From Perkinsus chesapeaki ATCC PRA-425 (Eukaryota; Protista; Perkinsozoa): DNA of 64,000 nucleotides. Where the stretch lies: positions 34,994 to 98,993 of the forward strand of contig JAAPAO010000058.1 in assembly GCA_013115145.1 (NCBI GenBank), written 5' to 3'. Within the stretch, counting starts at the first letter, position 1; each line of letters starts with the position of its first letter. The position numbers and the translations under genes are program-made. The notes beneath the pieces were generated by a model. The model did not search any database and had not been told where the DNA came from. It was given only the letters and a program-made list of their open reading frames with translations. Of this stretch, positions 12,560 to 25,629 are shown piece after piece.

Positions 12560-14773
12560 CTAGAGTCGAACTATAACTACTGTAACATCATCATGGATGT
12601 TCCTTCTAGTCCTGCCAGGCTGCATACGCCGGACCGAGCTAGCGCTTAATTTAGCCGACTGTGCTGCCTGTTCAATGACCTATCATATATCTTCCTATAC
12701 ATTCCACCTTGAGGCCCTACTCTAGAAACTAAGGCCTCTGCTGCAGCCTGTGGCCCCTCTCGCTCAAATACGTCCACAGCAACGGAGACAATGTCCGGAT
12801 CGGGAAGGTAGTCCCATAGGCCATCAGATGCCAGTATCAAAAACCTACTAACTATTAGCCGCCCACCAACAGCAACGCAGTACATGTCCCTAGTTGGATC
12901 CCTCTGTTCAGTTCTAACATCGGGGGTGGCTGATATATATGGCGGTGTGAAGTTTGGTAATGGGTTATCTAATAGACCTCATTCCCTCCACCACAGCAGC
13001 AGCAGCCCACGCACTACCATCCTCATCCTTCTGTTCATGTGGGTAGGGTGCAACTCTGGCTACCCTGGCAATATCCATATCCTAAAGAGCAGCACCAGCA
13101 GCTACGGGATAGCTTAGTCCGAGCCGCGAACAAACGCACTATCAATGACACAGTGCTTGGCTTATAAAGAAAAGGCCGAGGAATTGCTGCCCAATATTCC
13201 ACCATATGGTCGGAAGATGTTCGCCATTCTACGGCGACTTTAACGAGAAAGTAAGTTCTAATCTTTACTCATAACGATTAGAGTCTGTAAATATCCCGAC
13301 TAACAGCTCACCTCACCAAAGAAACACATTTGTCAGCTGAGTGCGCGGTGCTAATAACATGGCACACACTGACCTTAAAATAGAAGTCCCCAAAGGCTCG
13401 TGTAGGCTGAAGTCTTCCTTTAACATAACATGCTCCCCATCTCGTACCAACTGTTTTACCCTCACTGTCTGAAAAGCCACCAAGTGAGCAGATCACCAGA
13501 GGTGTCTGACTACCTAGCAGACGCTACCTACCACTACAGGGCGTTCCGACAAAAAAAGGTAACACTGTAAGCCATCGTATCCCGATAGCACATCTCAGCA
13601 AATAAGTTACTTATTCTTGCCGGAACACCCTGTACTACCCAAATTACCTAACTCGATGATCTTCTGCTTACAGTGGACCAGATCTTCCTCTCCGGGATGT
13701 TCCGCAATCAGCCTTTCCTGTTCAGTCGGTGAATCTGCATTATGCGCCGCGGTCAGCCAATCAACCTCGATGTTATCAGGGATCCCTGCAACCTAAGATT
13801 CCCCCAAAATATTCGCCTTTGCCTCACCTCGTAAAGTCAAACTCTCCGGGCTTCTCTTGCCGTCAATTTCCCGCCTCACTCGCATTGCTCTGCAATCCCC
13901 CAAATTCGCCACACAGTAACTGTCTTCCCCAAGCAGCACCGTCACCGCACACGCGCCCGCCTGATCCGCGCACACTCCACAACGTCGTCCAGCATGAGCC
14001 AGCAGCCCACCTGCATCTTCGTTAGTGTAGATACAGTTATCTTAGGTGGATGATTCTCCAAATTCCCACCAGCAATAGCTCGCCCATGCGCTAAGGGGCC
14101 GTCCACCTATACCAATGCTGCAAGCGGACACTTTGCTCCTACTGCTTCACCTCCCGCCTGGTCCAATCCAGTAAATCGGCCTCCAGCTCCTTGTGAGCCT
14201 CAAGCATTACACTACTGAGATCGAACTCCTTGGCCTCTTGGCCAACGATAGAATACATAAATGCTGGCATATACGACGCTACAAAATCAGCTACATGGGA
14301 CCCGCCATGGCCGTCAAACACTCCGGCCAGGATAACCTTGCCATCACTCGGCACCTATGCAAAGAACCTCCAACTTTCCCAGATACTAGCATTACCATTG
14401 TCCTTATAAATCGATCCTCATTAGGGTTGTTGCTGGCCACAGAGCACGCCCCAACTATATAATTCATCCTTACAGGATTGTCATAGTGTCTTTGGACTTG
14501 TGGGCCCAGTTCGACCTATAGTGTGGTAAGATCCCCAAGAGGTCCACCTACTCTTACCCGTATCCTCTCAGTGTGTGTCCGTCTAAGACCCCTTCTAATA
14601 CCTTTCCTCGCCGTTATTATCTCATCCCATTCCTCAGCCAGTGACGTCTTATTATCACCAGCCAGATATCCCAAAGGCCCAGTGTACACACTAGCAGCCC
14701 CTGCTGAGAGCACAGCTGCCACCGGCGTGCTAAACACACGAGGGAAGGCACTGAATGGCCGACTACCCCACAT
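12560..14773 (-). CDS. PP2C/PPM phosphatase (PDP-like), copy 1, possible mitochondrial presequence
   Basis: First in-frame ATG at 14773 (MWGSRPFSAFPRVFSTPVAAV). Exons VASNNPNEDRF; GVFDGHGGSHVA; VANLGDCRA; CYVKGRLQPTRAFGDFYFK; LASDGLWDYL; RRNIHDDVTVVIVRL*. Confidence 0.9.
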
Positions 14774-14954
14774 AGACAGCGATCGAGGAGCTAACGTGGC
14801 CAATAAGATAAAACTATAAAGACTGTATAGACATCGACGACGACGACGAGGACAGTATCAGACTAACCCAAGTCAGCTAGCGCTACCTGAACTAGTAACA
14901 ATATGCGTAAAATGATACGCCTTCAACAGGCTAAGTCAAATTGACATTAAATTT

Positions 14955-16133
14955 TCACAAGGCCTTCTCATCAGAGCTCGACTCTCCCCCGTCTCGATCA
15001 GCCTTGTTCATCTCTTCTAAAAAACGTTCCTTCGACATATCGGTTCTCTCGCGCAGATAAACTGGAAATCGAGGACGCCCTGTGACGGCCGAAATCTCAG
15101 AGTACTTGTACTGAATAACAGTGCCAACCTAACAAAGCCTTACAGTTGCTACACAATGAGGTGCCCTTACCGGTGGTGGATCCTTTCGAACCTCATCAGT
15201 CAGCCCCGACCCTAACTTGAATATAGTCCTATCCCTGTCCACCGCAACCAAGGAGGATACCCCTCTGTCGGCACCGCGGCCTTCATAGGTTACATGACCA
15301 ATTACCAATGCTTCCGAATCATCGTGGAGCTTCACTTTAACAATACCTGGGTTCCGCTTGCCAGATAGATACTTTCCTTGGGGATCTCGCAATATAAGTC
15401 CCTCTCCGCCAGCTTTGACCATATCCTCGCATAGCCTAGTAACGTCACTGTGACCCTCTAGTGTACAGAGCGGCGAGTGCAGGAATATGTGTGGATGGGG
15501 AAAGGATGGAGACATCAGCCAAGCCGCCGGGATATCTTTGGGAATCGCACTAGAAAGATTTGTAAGGTCAACTCCGGCCGTAATGGGTTCTAGGAGTTGC
15601 CGCAAGATATCTAAACGCTCCGAGTAGGGCAAGTGCGCAGTTTCGTCCGAGGCCAAGTCGTAGATATGATACTGAACCTGGAAATGACACGGTCAGCGAA
15701 TCCAAGCTTGAAATATCTTACCTTGGCCCAACCTTCTGGGCAGTTATGTCGTCGCACAATCCCCGCGGCTTCACAAAAGGTCTGCCTGCCCATCCAGAGC
15801 TCACCATCCAAAAAAATATTCGGGCCGAGATGGCGCTCCAACGGAGCTCCAAACCATGGTGGCGGCCGGAACCTACACAGGTCGCTTTCAGTCGCAGCCA
15901 TACCGATGCTGTACATACGTAAGACCATAACGACTATGGAACTTTCCTTGGCCCCACATGGCTCTAACACCATCAAGCTTTTCGGCGCAGAGCCAGCCTG
16001 CGTAACTGTGCTGATCCTTCAAGGCCTTTGAGCACAAGGTAAAAGCCGGCCGCGATGGTAGACGACTCCGAAGTACAGGAGCGGTGGCTAGAGTAGTGGA
16101 TACTACACTTTGGGGTAGGGTAGCAACCGACAT
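14955..16133 (-). CDS. Minimal ATP-dependent DNA ligase (adenylation domain + OB fold only)
   Basis: Motif I AEKLDGVRA, III IFLDGELW, IIIa YHIYDL, IV EGLILRDP, V VKVK, OB fold FKLGSGLTDE..VIQYKY..GRPRFPVYLR. ATG at 16133, stop at 14955. Confidence 0.92.
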
Positions 16134-16712
16134 TCAACTGAGGACAATGTAATTGCGTTAATCCTTGGAGTTTCTGGGCGCGCGCCATTTTCAAAATTCA
16201 TTATTTTTATCATTATCGGCACGTGTGCGTGGTAGATTGGTTGTACTTAAATGAGTGACCGTCCACAGCAGCAACAACAGCCTGGATGCTTCTCCTGTGT
16301 CAAGGAGATGCTCTCCCGTGCTGGCTTACTCCTTAGGAATGAAGTTAAGGAAACTAGATCAATGCTTAGTAGTGCCGCGCTTCAACCTAAGATTCCCGAA
16401 TGCTCCACTAGGTGACCGCGAAGGTTTCAGCGGCACTCCTCAGTTAAGCCCATTTGTGGTTGATCGTAATAGAGTCCGTAGCAGTAGTACTGTCAGTCGA
16501 CTAGGCCTAGAGTAATACCTCTATCTCTCGTGACTGGTATTGTTTCCCTCTATCAGTGAGACCGTATCCTGTCGAAGACCCTACGCCAGCTATAGCACAG
16601 CCAGTCGACTAGGCAGAAGGTAGCTACTACTTACTCTTAAGTACTGGTGAACCCTCCCTTCAGTCCCGACGATGTCCCATCCTATAGCAGTAGTGATTCT
16701 TGTAGAGCACGC

Positions 16713-18124
16713 ATGCCCGTAGTCGCCACCAAGGTAGCTACTATTGGAGGACTTCATAGCAGCTACTTGATCAGGTCAGCATAATTTGTGATGATGTAGT
16801 ACCGTGCGATTCCCTTATTAAAACCGTGTGCTCGGGCTGCAAGGCTAGCAGCATGTTCGACGACACCGTGGCGTAATACACCCCTATCGAGTGGACTCGC
16901 TAACTAGCTGCACAGGATCTGGTCGTCCTCGTTCCTTTCCTCGTCATCTTCCTGTGGTTCATTTATTAGCACTAAGAGTAACGAAAGCAATGAGTATCTT
17001 ACTGAGATGGCCGGTCGAGTGCCCCATGAGGCATGTCTGATGGCCGACCTATCTACCGTGGCCAAGTGGGCCGATATAATGGTACTAAGGGGAGGGCGGC
17101 TCGGTATTACAGATTCTACATCAGATCCTCGCGGTTTCTTCTAGAGTTTACGAGCAAGTTCTGGTATCATTAGTAGGAAAAATTAAGCAGGCTTCAGAGA
17201 AGGCCCCGTCACTTTGCCTGGTACCTTGGAACTCTGGCGGTCTTGGCTTTGACTTTTAAATAGTACCTCCGCCCGGGCCAGAATATCCCTATCGATGAGG
17301 ATGGCTTCATATCCCTCTCTGATATGGCCATCACCACTCTACGACCAAGTGGGTTGGCTAGCGCCACTGTGGTAAGTCCGACGCCCGCCGATATCATTAC
17401 GCTAATAACTCAGATGTTTAACCTCGGCACGAAGAGTCCCCGATTCGTAATAGGATCTCACGACCCTTCTCAAGGGGAGTTGCTGGCCGCCTTAATAGAG
17501 TCGGCCAATGCTTCAGCGGATGCATGGGTGATCGAGCAGCCGAATGCCGTGGAGGCAATCTTCGCTCTCGGTCCCTTGGTGAAAGCAGCAATAGCCTCTG
17601 GCCCGGTAGATGGAAGGAGCTCGCGAGAGTTGACAATAATAGGAGAAGTGCAGACACTACTTAGGCGATATATGCGGTATAATAAGGTAGCATGAGAGGA
17701 CCTATGGATGGCTAGGGGGACTTTGGGACACTCAGGAACCATCGTGTTGTCGGCTTATACCGCAAATTGTCCACTACATGGCCTCGGAGCCAGCTGGTGG
17801 TGATAGTAGTGGTAGCGGTCTATCTACTCTGTGTCTTGCTCGGGACTTCCTCACTTTTGTGCACCACAAGAATCTCACCAATAAAGTTCCGGAGCTCACC
17901 GGTGTGGCCTGCGATATACTTGGTAAGCATCTTCAAGCCGAACTACTGGTATGATCTTTCTATTAGAGGAAAAATACGGCCTTAAAGCCATCACCGGGCC
18001 AGGTGAAATGTACAGCCCCGCAGCCACACGTGCCGAGGGCTGCCCTCCTCCTTCATCGGTCGATGCACCTACAGCAGCAGAAGCTATTACAAGCCATCAA
18101 CCTCTCGCTATTGTTGCCAACTAA
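16713..18124 (+). CDS. Hypothetical multi-exon protein with Ser-rich N-terminus
   Basis: GT-AG-bounded exons join into one open frame (MPVVATK.., EYLTEMAGRVPHE.., ILHQILAVSSRV.., MFNLGTKSPRF.., LARDFLTFVHHKNL.., EEKYGLKA..AN*). No family recognised. Confidence 0.55.
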
Positions 18125-18403
18125 TCCTATGTCCAAATGAAGATGATGATGACGCTGTTCGATTCTAACTTAGCTGTATCAGCGTAGTTTTGTAGTAGCC
18201 ATTACTAGCACTTCAGTATCAATACATATCCTTTCCTTATCGATATTATCCCTCCTGCAGCAGCTCAGCGATGCTCCGTGCCGAGGTTGCCGCACAGACA
18301 TTGCTTATTGGGCAGGTTGGAACTCTATAGGTTTTTGACCTCATCATCATGGCTGCTACTGTCCTACGTATTATTATTGCTATAGGCTGCTAAGTTGTCT
18401 GTC

Positions 18404-21039
18404 ATGCTCTATTACGGTCGCCTGGACTCCCTACTGAGAATGGCAGTAGTATTATTGCCCACATTATATCGATGTTGACACCGCTTGTGCTCCTGCTTCT
18501 CGTTCTCCAACCTTTGGGGTTCTCCGGAGCCATCGCAAGTCGTTCGATCCATTGGCCGTTTTCCTTCCCTCAGGAACGGCATTCGTCTCGCCTGACCAAG
18601 TTGCTGTGCAGGCTCGGCCAGATATACCCCGGCGTAGTTGTTACCGTCGGAACCGTGGTTTCGTTTCTCTCGTGCGTATTCGTGGAATGATAATCAATTT
18701 ATGTCACTGTCCCCTTTCTTGTGTTGCTCCTCCTTCTGGACTTGGCCTTATTAAGTTACCTTTGAATGTCCAATAGATCACCTTTTCGGAATCTCTATGT
18801 CTCCCACGCTCTCTCGACAATCGGCGATAGGATATGGCAGGTAGCGGCGTCGAGCTTGGCTTGGACGCTGCAGTCTCTTTTGCCTCAGTTTGCAGTGCCA
18901 CTCCTCCTAGTGGATATATTTCCCTTCACGCTCCTCCCCACGGCCATATTCGTATTCTTCACAGGCCTTGCAAAAGCAGCGTTGTTGCCCTTCTTGGGGA
19001 GGATAGTGGACAGTAGGAATGGATTGCCTGGGCGAGGCGGGAAATGGCTACTCTAGTACAGAATTTCAGGGCTGCTAAGTTTTAAGGGTAGTATCTGGAG
19101 GCATGGGTAGATGAGCTAGTTCGTGGTATTGTTATAGGGCGTTCGGGGGGCGAGGCGTTGTTTTAATGTCGTAACCTCCGTAATGTAGAGGAAACTATTG
19201 CAAGTAGTGCGATTTGGAGCAAATATGTATCTAGAGTCCTCGGAGATCCGCTGCCTTTTAGTTGTCGGTCCATCATCGCCGCCCTTTTAAGGTATTTCGC
19301 TCCATTCAAGTCCTGCTAACAGGCACTGATCGGTTGCTAGTGGCCAAGATGGGCTCCTTTGTCCAGAATGCTGCTATTGCTATCTCAATGGTTCTCCTGT
19401 TCGTACTGGATATAGTCACAGACTCCCATAGCCATCACCCATGGACTGCAAGCTCTATTGCGCTCTACGTGAGCCGATGTTTTCCATTTTCCTGCAAGTT
19501 GCTCTTCTTCGTAGGTTGTCTTCCTCATAGTGGGCATTACTGGTGATGTCATCTCATCGGTAGCGACAATCAACGTGGAGAAGAACTGGGTTATGATAAT
19601 AGTTGAAGATACTTGGTAGTAGTACCGATGGCCAATCTATCTTAGCAGTGGCCTTCCAGCTCAGTGGACCCTACAGAGAACCCCATGGACCTTCAGACTC
19701 ATTTAAATAGCATTCTTCGGAGGATCGATTTGGTGGCTAAAATGGCCAGTCCCTTGGTTATCGGTCTTCTCCTGGTAAGGCCTTACCCATATCATCTCAT
19801 AGTGTAGCGAGCTCTGCTCTTCAGACCGGTGGTCGTAGCACTGTTATACGAGGCCTTGTAGCTGTAGGTGGATGGTGTTTGCTTACAGCATGGCCCATCT
19901 ATGCTACGTGGAAGCGAGTTTATGACACCTATCCAGGCCTCAGGGTTAAGCCTACCGCAGGGGAGGCTCCCCCGGCAAGGAGTAACATATTAGCTGTGCT
20001 TTGGAGCAGCTGGGCATCGTAAGAACCAGACGTGAGTTAGTCGCCTATTTGAGGGTTTACACAGGATAGCGGGTGTCAGTGCCGGTATAATGAACCCGTC
20101 TTAGTGAATGTCTTTAGTATATGTTAACCAACTACAGCGACGCTAATTGCTATGATAGCATCACTCCTTTCCGGTGTGAAGGGGTTCCCTTCAGGTACTC
20201 TCGTCATCCAGTATTTCTAGCATCGCTCAGTTATTGCTTCCTACACTTCACAGTCCTATCTGATCATCACCCCCTCAGTACGCCCCTCGCTCTGCACCAT
20301 CCTCGCCAGATTGTTATTTCTCAGCTACCGCCTTCCTTGCTGAGGAGAATATGTCGCCGTTCGCCCTCGGTGTCGCCAGAGCTGCTGGTAGCATCTCGGG
20401 GATCTTGGCCACGGCAATCTGGCCTAAGATCGTCAAAACTTGTCACGACGACAGCGTAAGTTATCGTTGCATTGCCGGATTGTACCGCTGCCTACTAGGT
20501 ACGAGCTGGCGGTTTGGCCTTGTGGGCCTTCTGGGGCTGCATCACCCTCATTGCGATTGAGTTTGCGTTTCACACACCGTAGGGACTGGCTTCTGTACAG
20601 GAGGCAGAGTATTCCTAGTGTTAGGATCGAGACTGCGTTCATGTTGACTATGATTGTCATTTCGAGGATGTTCCTATGGCAATTCGACTTGGCCAATGTC
20701 GCCATTATTCAACGTCTAGTCGCCCAGAGTGAACGAGTAGGTCTACCAGCCTTGCCAACTCAATTCTCTTCCAGTCGGAACTCACAGCCACACAAGTAGC
20801 GACATGCCAGCTGTTGGAGATGCTGATGGGCCTCTTTGGTATATTCCTCAGCAAGCCAGCCGATTTCAAGGTCACCCGCAACTGCTCAGCCGTTGCTGTA
20901 TCACTTCGTTATCTTTTAGGATCTCGTATGGCTCTCTACGGCGGGTATATCAGCCAGCTTGGGGCTCTATCTCATATGGCAGACCTTTGTGTTACCCAGA
21001 ATACTAGGCACTACTGTCAGGCATCCTTTGCTGCTCTGA
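18404..21039 (+). CDS. FPN1: Ferroportin (SLC40/IREG) family iron exporter
   Basis: LYVSHALSTIGDRIWQFAVPLLL (ferroportin TM1), LGRIVD, VQNAAIA, INVEKNWV, LNSILRRIDLVAKMASPLVIG, and later hydrophobic exons; about 90-aa N-terminal extension. Confidence 0.88.
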
Positions 21040-21167
21040 TCAAACAGTTTCACCGACTCGATACGTCCCGTCTGGCAGGGCCTATTCCGCATTGCGTCGG
21101 TTCGCTCGGTTGAGTTCCTTCTCAGGAGCTGTCAAGCTTATCAATACTGCCCGTTAGTTTCTTCCAT

Positions 21168-23196
21168 ATGTCCGGTCTTCGTCGGCATTCCTATCCCACT
21201 CCTTCCGAGGTTAAAAGCAGCGAATCTAGCTGTCATGCGTGCACTGAGAACGTTCGCGCTCTACTGGATGCGCGGCGTCGACTTGAAGATCTCACGGCCC
21301 AGGTATCTTGTTCATTTTCGCCGATCCCCATGAGCTTCCCCAACTCAGGTCGCTAACAGTGGTCCGGAGGGGCTGAGCCCATCGCACATGGTCAACGAGC
21401 AATTAGGGGTACAGTTGGAGGAGATGAAGGAAAGTCGGTATAGCGGCCTTACATGGGATGCAACATTCTGTTCGTTGACAGTTGCCGGGCAGCTTGCAGA
21501 GCTATTCCGAGACCTCCTCGCTGTCCTCGAGGCTGGTTATCATAACAAAGCTGATGTCGGCACTCTCGGGTGAGCAGACCCTTAAACTTGGTACCGGTTT
21601 ATTTATTCAGCCTTGATTTGCTCAAGTGTCTGGCACCAGTGAAAGGGTTCGGGCAAATCCTGACGGATCACTATGACCGTTTCGAGAGTTCCATAGCAGC
21701 GGCCGGCTACAAGACGATGGAACGCCCAGCTGTGTATCCTACCCCACGGCCACTACCTGACCACGGCAGAGCCCACCAGGAGTTCTCGGACGTGGTCGCC
21801 GCGTACCGTTCCGAGCGCTATCCGCTAGAGTCAGATTCTGACAGCGCGTCGACGGGTTTTAGTGCCGCAAGACGGCGACTGCCGCCGTCCTCCGCGGCCT
21901 CCTCCTCAGAGCACGCCCGTCCTCCTCCTCATATCCCAAGCCCTTCCCGAGTTGGTGCTGACATAGGGGTGGCCCGGGGCATGCCTTATAGAACTAGAGC
22001 GGTAGAGGAGCATGCTGAATCTGATGATGAGGATCTCGGTTCATTCCTCGACCATTTGCGGCGGAAATCCATGCGGACACCTTTGCCGAGTTCATCGGTC
22101 GCGACTGACCGAGACGAGGAAGTCTCCCGATTTCTGGACAGAGTAATTCCGCAAGGCGCTCCCAGTCGCTCCTCGGTCCCAGCAATACCTTACCACGGCG
22201 ACGGATGGCGGGCCGGCTCCACAAGGCTCCATCGGCAGACTTTGGCCTAGCTGTTAGGCGAGCATGCATTTGCGCTTGATAGCTGATGTTGACTTGCTTT
22301 TGCTGTTGTGTTAGTGTGCCGCCGCCGCCGAATGAAGTGTCTCCTTTTCCTTTCCCAGTTTACTTTGTTGTTATCTTTGTGTTTATTGTATGTTGCCCAT
22401 TCCCAGTAGAACCACAGCAGCCAGTCTATCCACTAACTCTCAAAAGATCAGCTCGACTGTCTTTTTAGACCACTGTAATGGAACCGAGGTGAGCCTAAGC
22501 TGAAGCTGTGTCTTCCACGGTTCATGTTCTCCTAGGCTGGTCGTCCCCACGCGTGCCCTTCATTATCCATCCCTGCGTGCGCCAGTGCTTTCTCCGAGAA
22601 TACTATTTTCGATGACGAGACTGCATTGGACACCCGCATCATCAAGGCCATGTATAATGCTGAGTTTAATAAACGAAATACCGCCGCTACATGTCACAGC
22701 CCCAGTGTCAAATCTGATAACGGTTCGGACTCCACCACGGAGACTTGGTCGGATTCAGTACCAGCCTCTGGGAAGAGAACAAAAAGTGTCTACTTCAATG
22801 AGCAGGTCAGCAACGATACACTCACCCCCTTTATTCGGTAGCAGTGGTTCCTCTGTAGGTAGAATTCAACTTCCCAAATTCGGTCCAAGTCCAGCGGGGC
22901 GGCGTTGGCGACGGCCTCGAAGATCTCCGACTTGTTAGCGATGTGAAGTGTTTCGATGGTCGCAGCATCTATTCACTTGCTGGTGGATGTCCCGGTCTAT
23001 GGAAGGATGCCTCTCATGCCTCCATTCGGAAGATGGTGAGGTGGATGACAACTTCAGGAGTCGATGTACCATCACATCGTGAACGCGCAAGGTAACCTTA
23101 CCATCTACCTAACCAGCGATTATTGCCAGCAGCACCCAATGTTTCAGGTCGTACTATTCTGCCGATGATATGGCCAAGGACGGCTATCTATGTTAA
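21168..23196 (+). CDS. Hypothetical low-complexity/coiled-coil protein (possibly two genes)
   Basis: Spliceable exons incl. 21168-21303, the 21570-22250 ORF and the 22626-22805 segment. No family motif recognised. Confidence 0.4.
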
Positions 23197-23599
23197 TACA
23201 TCTCTTTTCCCTACACTTCTACGGGAAAGTCGCCCCCCGCTCAGTAGCATGGGTTTTCCTAGATTTTATATTAGCATTCTTAAACATTAGCAACCCTCTC
23301 GCGCTTTGTAGTGCCATTGTATCATCACCACTGATCAAACCTATCGGTCATTCCTCCATGGGTTTGCTGGCGCGATAGTGTGTACATTTGTTTTTCGTGG
23401 CCTTAGGCCGCCTACTAAGCAGACTTTGTCTGATTGTATATCCAACACCACCATCTAGAAGTTTTTTTCCTTGTTAAACGGATCATTCCGTATCACCACT
23501 TTGTGTCCCAGTTGCGTTGGCAGTTCTGTGGCGGGCATGGGTGGGATGGTAAACGGTAGCCAATACTGCTGGTAATAGAAAATATGCGTTTGATCTTTC

Positions 23600-25359
23600 A
23601 TAACCCAACACCATCAACCAGCGATAAAGAAACTCCCCAAGAGGATAACAGTGAAGAGGAGGATTTCGAGGCGGAACTGAAGGCCAGGGACACCGACTTG
23701 GACGAGCTTAAAGTAGGTAATACAGGATGACCGAGGTGGATGGGCCTCACTTCGGTACAGGCCTCCCTCGCCTCTACTAGAGAGGACCTCAATGCAACGG
23801 CGAAGAAGCTAACAGGGGATCTAGGCAAAGCTGAGGGAACTATTGAGTCTCAGAAAAGGGAGTTGGTCTGCGCGCAAGACCTCTACAAGTGAGTATCAGG
23901 TTTCGCTACTCATTCGGGAAGTATAATGTGGCAGGTTCTCGTCAGAGCAATGTAAACTAATCGCAGATTATTGGCAAGGGCAGGCCGCGATGAAGGACCA
24001 GAATATCGCTTTTTTCAATCAGAAGTTGGCGGATGTACCACACGGTCACAGCACGCCTGAGTGAGTAGAGTATCCATGTTCAGGCAGAAGCGGGGGGTAG
24101 CACAGCCAAGGGGACGGTCATTGGTCACTTCAAAGAACCTGCCACGGCGAAGGACGAACTTGAGTGTCTTCAAGACCGGCATGACAAGTTGCTGGTCACT
24201 TGTCTGAAGCTGGAGAGAGAGCTGCATCGTTTGAGGCAGCCAGATGATGATAGGCGGGAGGTAGTGTACCGAGTAGCGGGTCATGTTGATAGGGACGTAA
24301 TAATCAGGATCACACCGACGGTAGTTCTGTGGCCAGCCCAAATTCAACACCATCGCAGAGCAGCAGCAGAAGCGTGTCACTACGAGCCCAAGACGACAGC
24401 GATGAAGATGATGAGGCGAAGTCATCACCATCCCCCTTGAAGCGGTAAGGCTGGTCGGTTTAATTTCATTGATCACATGGCTGTAGGTCTACATCAGAGC
24501 CCTCCTGCCTGGGGGGTACATCGGAATCTAGCTGCGTTCGTCGGGCATCCTCTGTCGACCTTCAAAGAGCGCCTAGTAGTTTCGCCAGTATAACCTCCGA
24601 CTCGTCTGAAGAGGAGGATGAGGTTGCAGAGGCAGTGCAGGTATAATCGATTGTCGCCAGTTGTTGTCATTTCCGGCACCTCTCAGAATTTGCATCACTG
24701 CACTTGGCGGGCCCAGCTAGGAGTGAGAGTACAGCAGCTTGAGAGGCTGTCTAAACAGCTTGATGACACGTAGTGCTCTCTTCAAGGCGCATGGCGCGTC
24801 GCTTTATTCATACCGTATTTTGTATTATATTGTGAACTTGTGATGGCCTAGTAGTCAACTTCTGGCCTTGACCATCCTAGCCAATGTTGATGTTGGAAAA
24901 TGAAGAGCTGGTAGAGATGCATTCTTACTACTTATCAGATACAACACTAGTTTGAATCTTGGCGACCAATTGCGCCAGCAATCTGAGCAAATACTGAAGC
25001 TGCAAGGGCGAGTTAATGAGCTAGAGGTGTCAGAAAAGAAGTGGCAGAAGGTCGGTTCTAAGGTGCTATTATCTCCATCTTCCATTCTTTGAGCTTGCCT
25101 CCCAGGCCCAGACACAGTTGGGCATCTGCTTGGCAAGTTTGACCCAGCAGACGTCAGAGATGGACCAGCTGGCCTTGAAGCAGAATGATCATCGACTGGC
25201 CCGATCTGCGACAGCATGGAAGGCGAAGGTCGAGAGCTACCGAAAAGAGGTATCCTCCACGGTGACTTTGGGGTGTGAATCAGTGGTCAGATTGAGAACA
25301 TGCGAACGGAGATAGAGGACGCGGAGCGATCTGCCCCGGACGGATCTCGAATTCATTGA
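23600..25359 (+). CDS. Coiled-coil protein, multi-exon; 5' end uncertain
   Basis: Heptad-rich exons: FEAELKARDTDLDELK; LQDRHDKLLVTCLKLERELHRL; LRQQSEQILKLQGRVNELEVSEKKWQK; IENMRTEIEDAER..IH*. Confidence 0.55.
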
Positions 25360-25629
25360 TGAGCCCGATCCGCTGGCATTCACCTGTTAACATTTCCCAC
25401 GGTCGGGTTTCATAAGAGATGTTGTGTTTTTGGAGTGCAAGCTATGAAGGGACAGCGTGTCAGCGTGCTGCCTGTTTGGTTGTTATGACCTCTCCAAAGG
25501 CAAGGAAGAGATCTTCCAATGGCATTCAGGAGGGGACAACGGTGAGTTGTGCAACCGCTAGGCTCTTCGGACTGACCACTTCAGGAAGTTGATGAAGTAG
25601 AAGATGCTGCAGCCTGGGCGCTCTCCCAC

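Noticed and set aside
9966-14773. Single protein with two fused PP2C domains
   Set aside because: The upstream copy ends with its own DDVTVVIVRL-TAG at 12560, so these are two genes.
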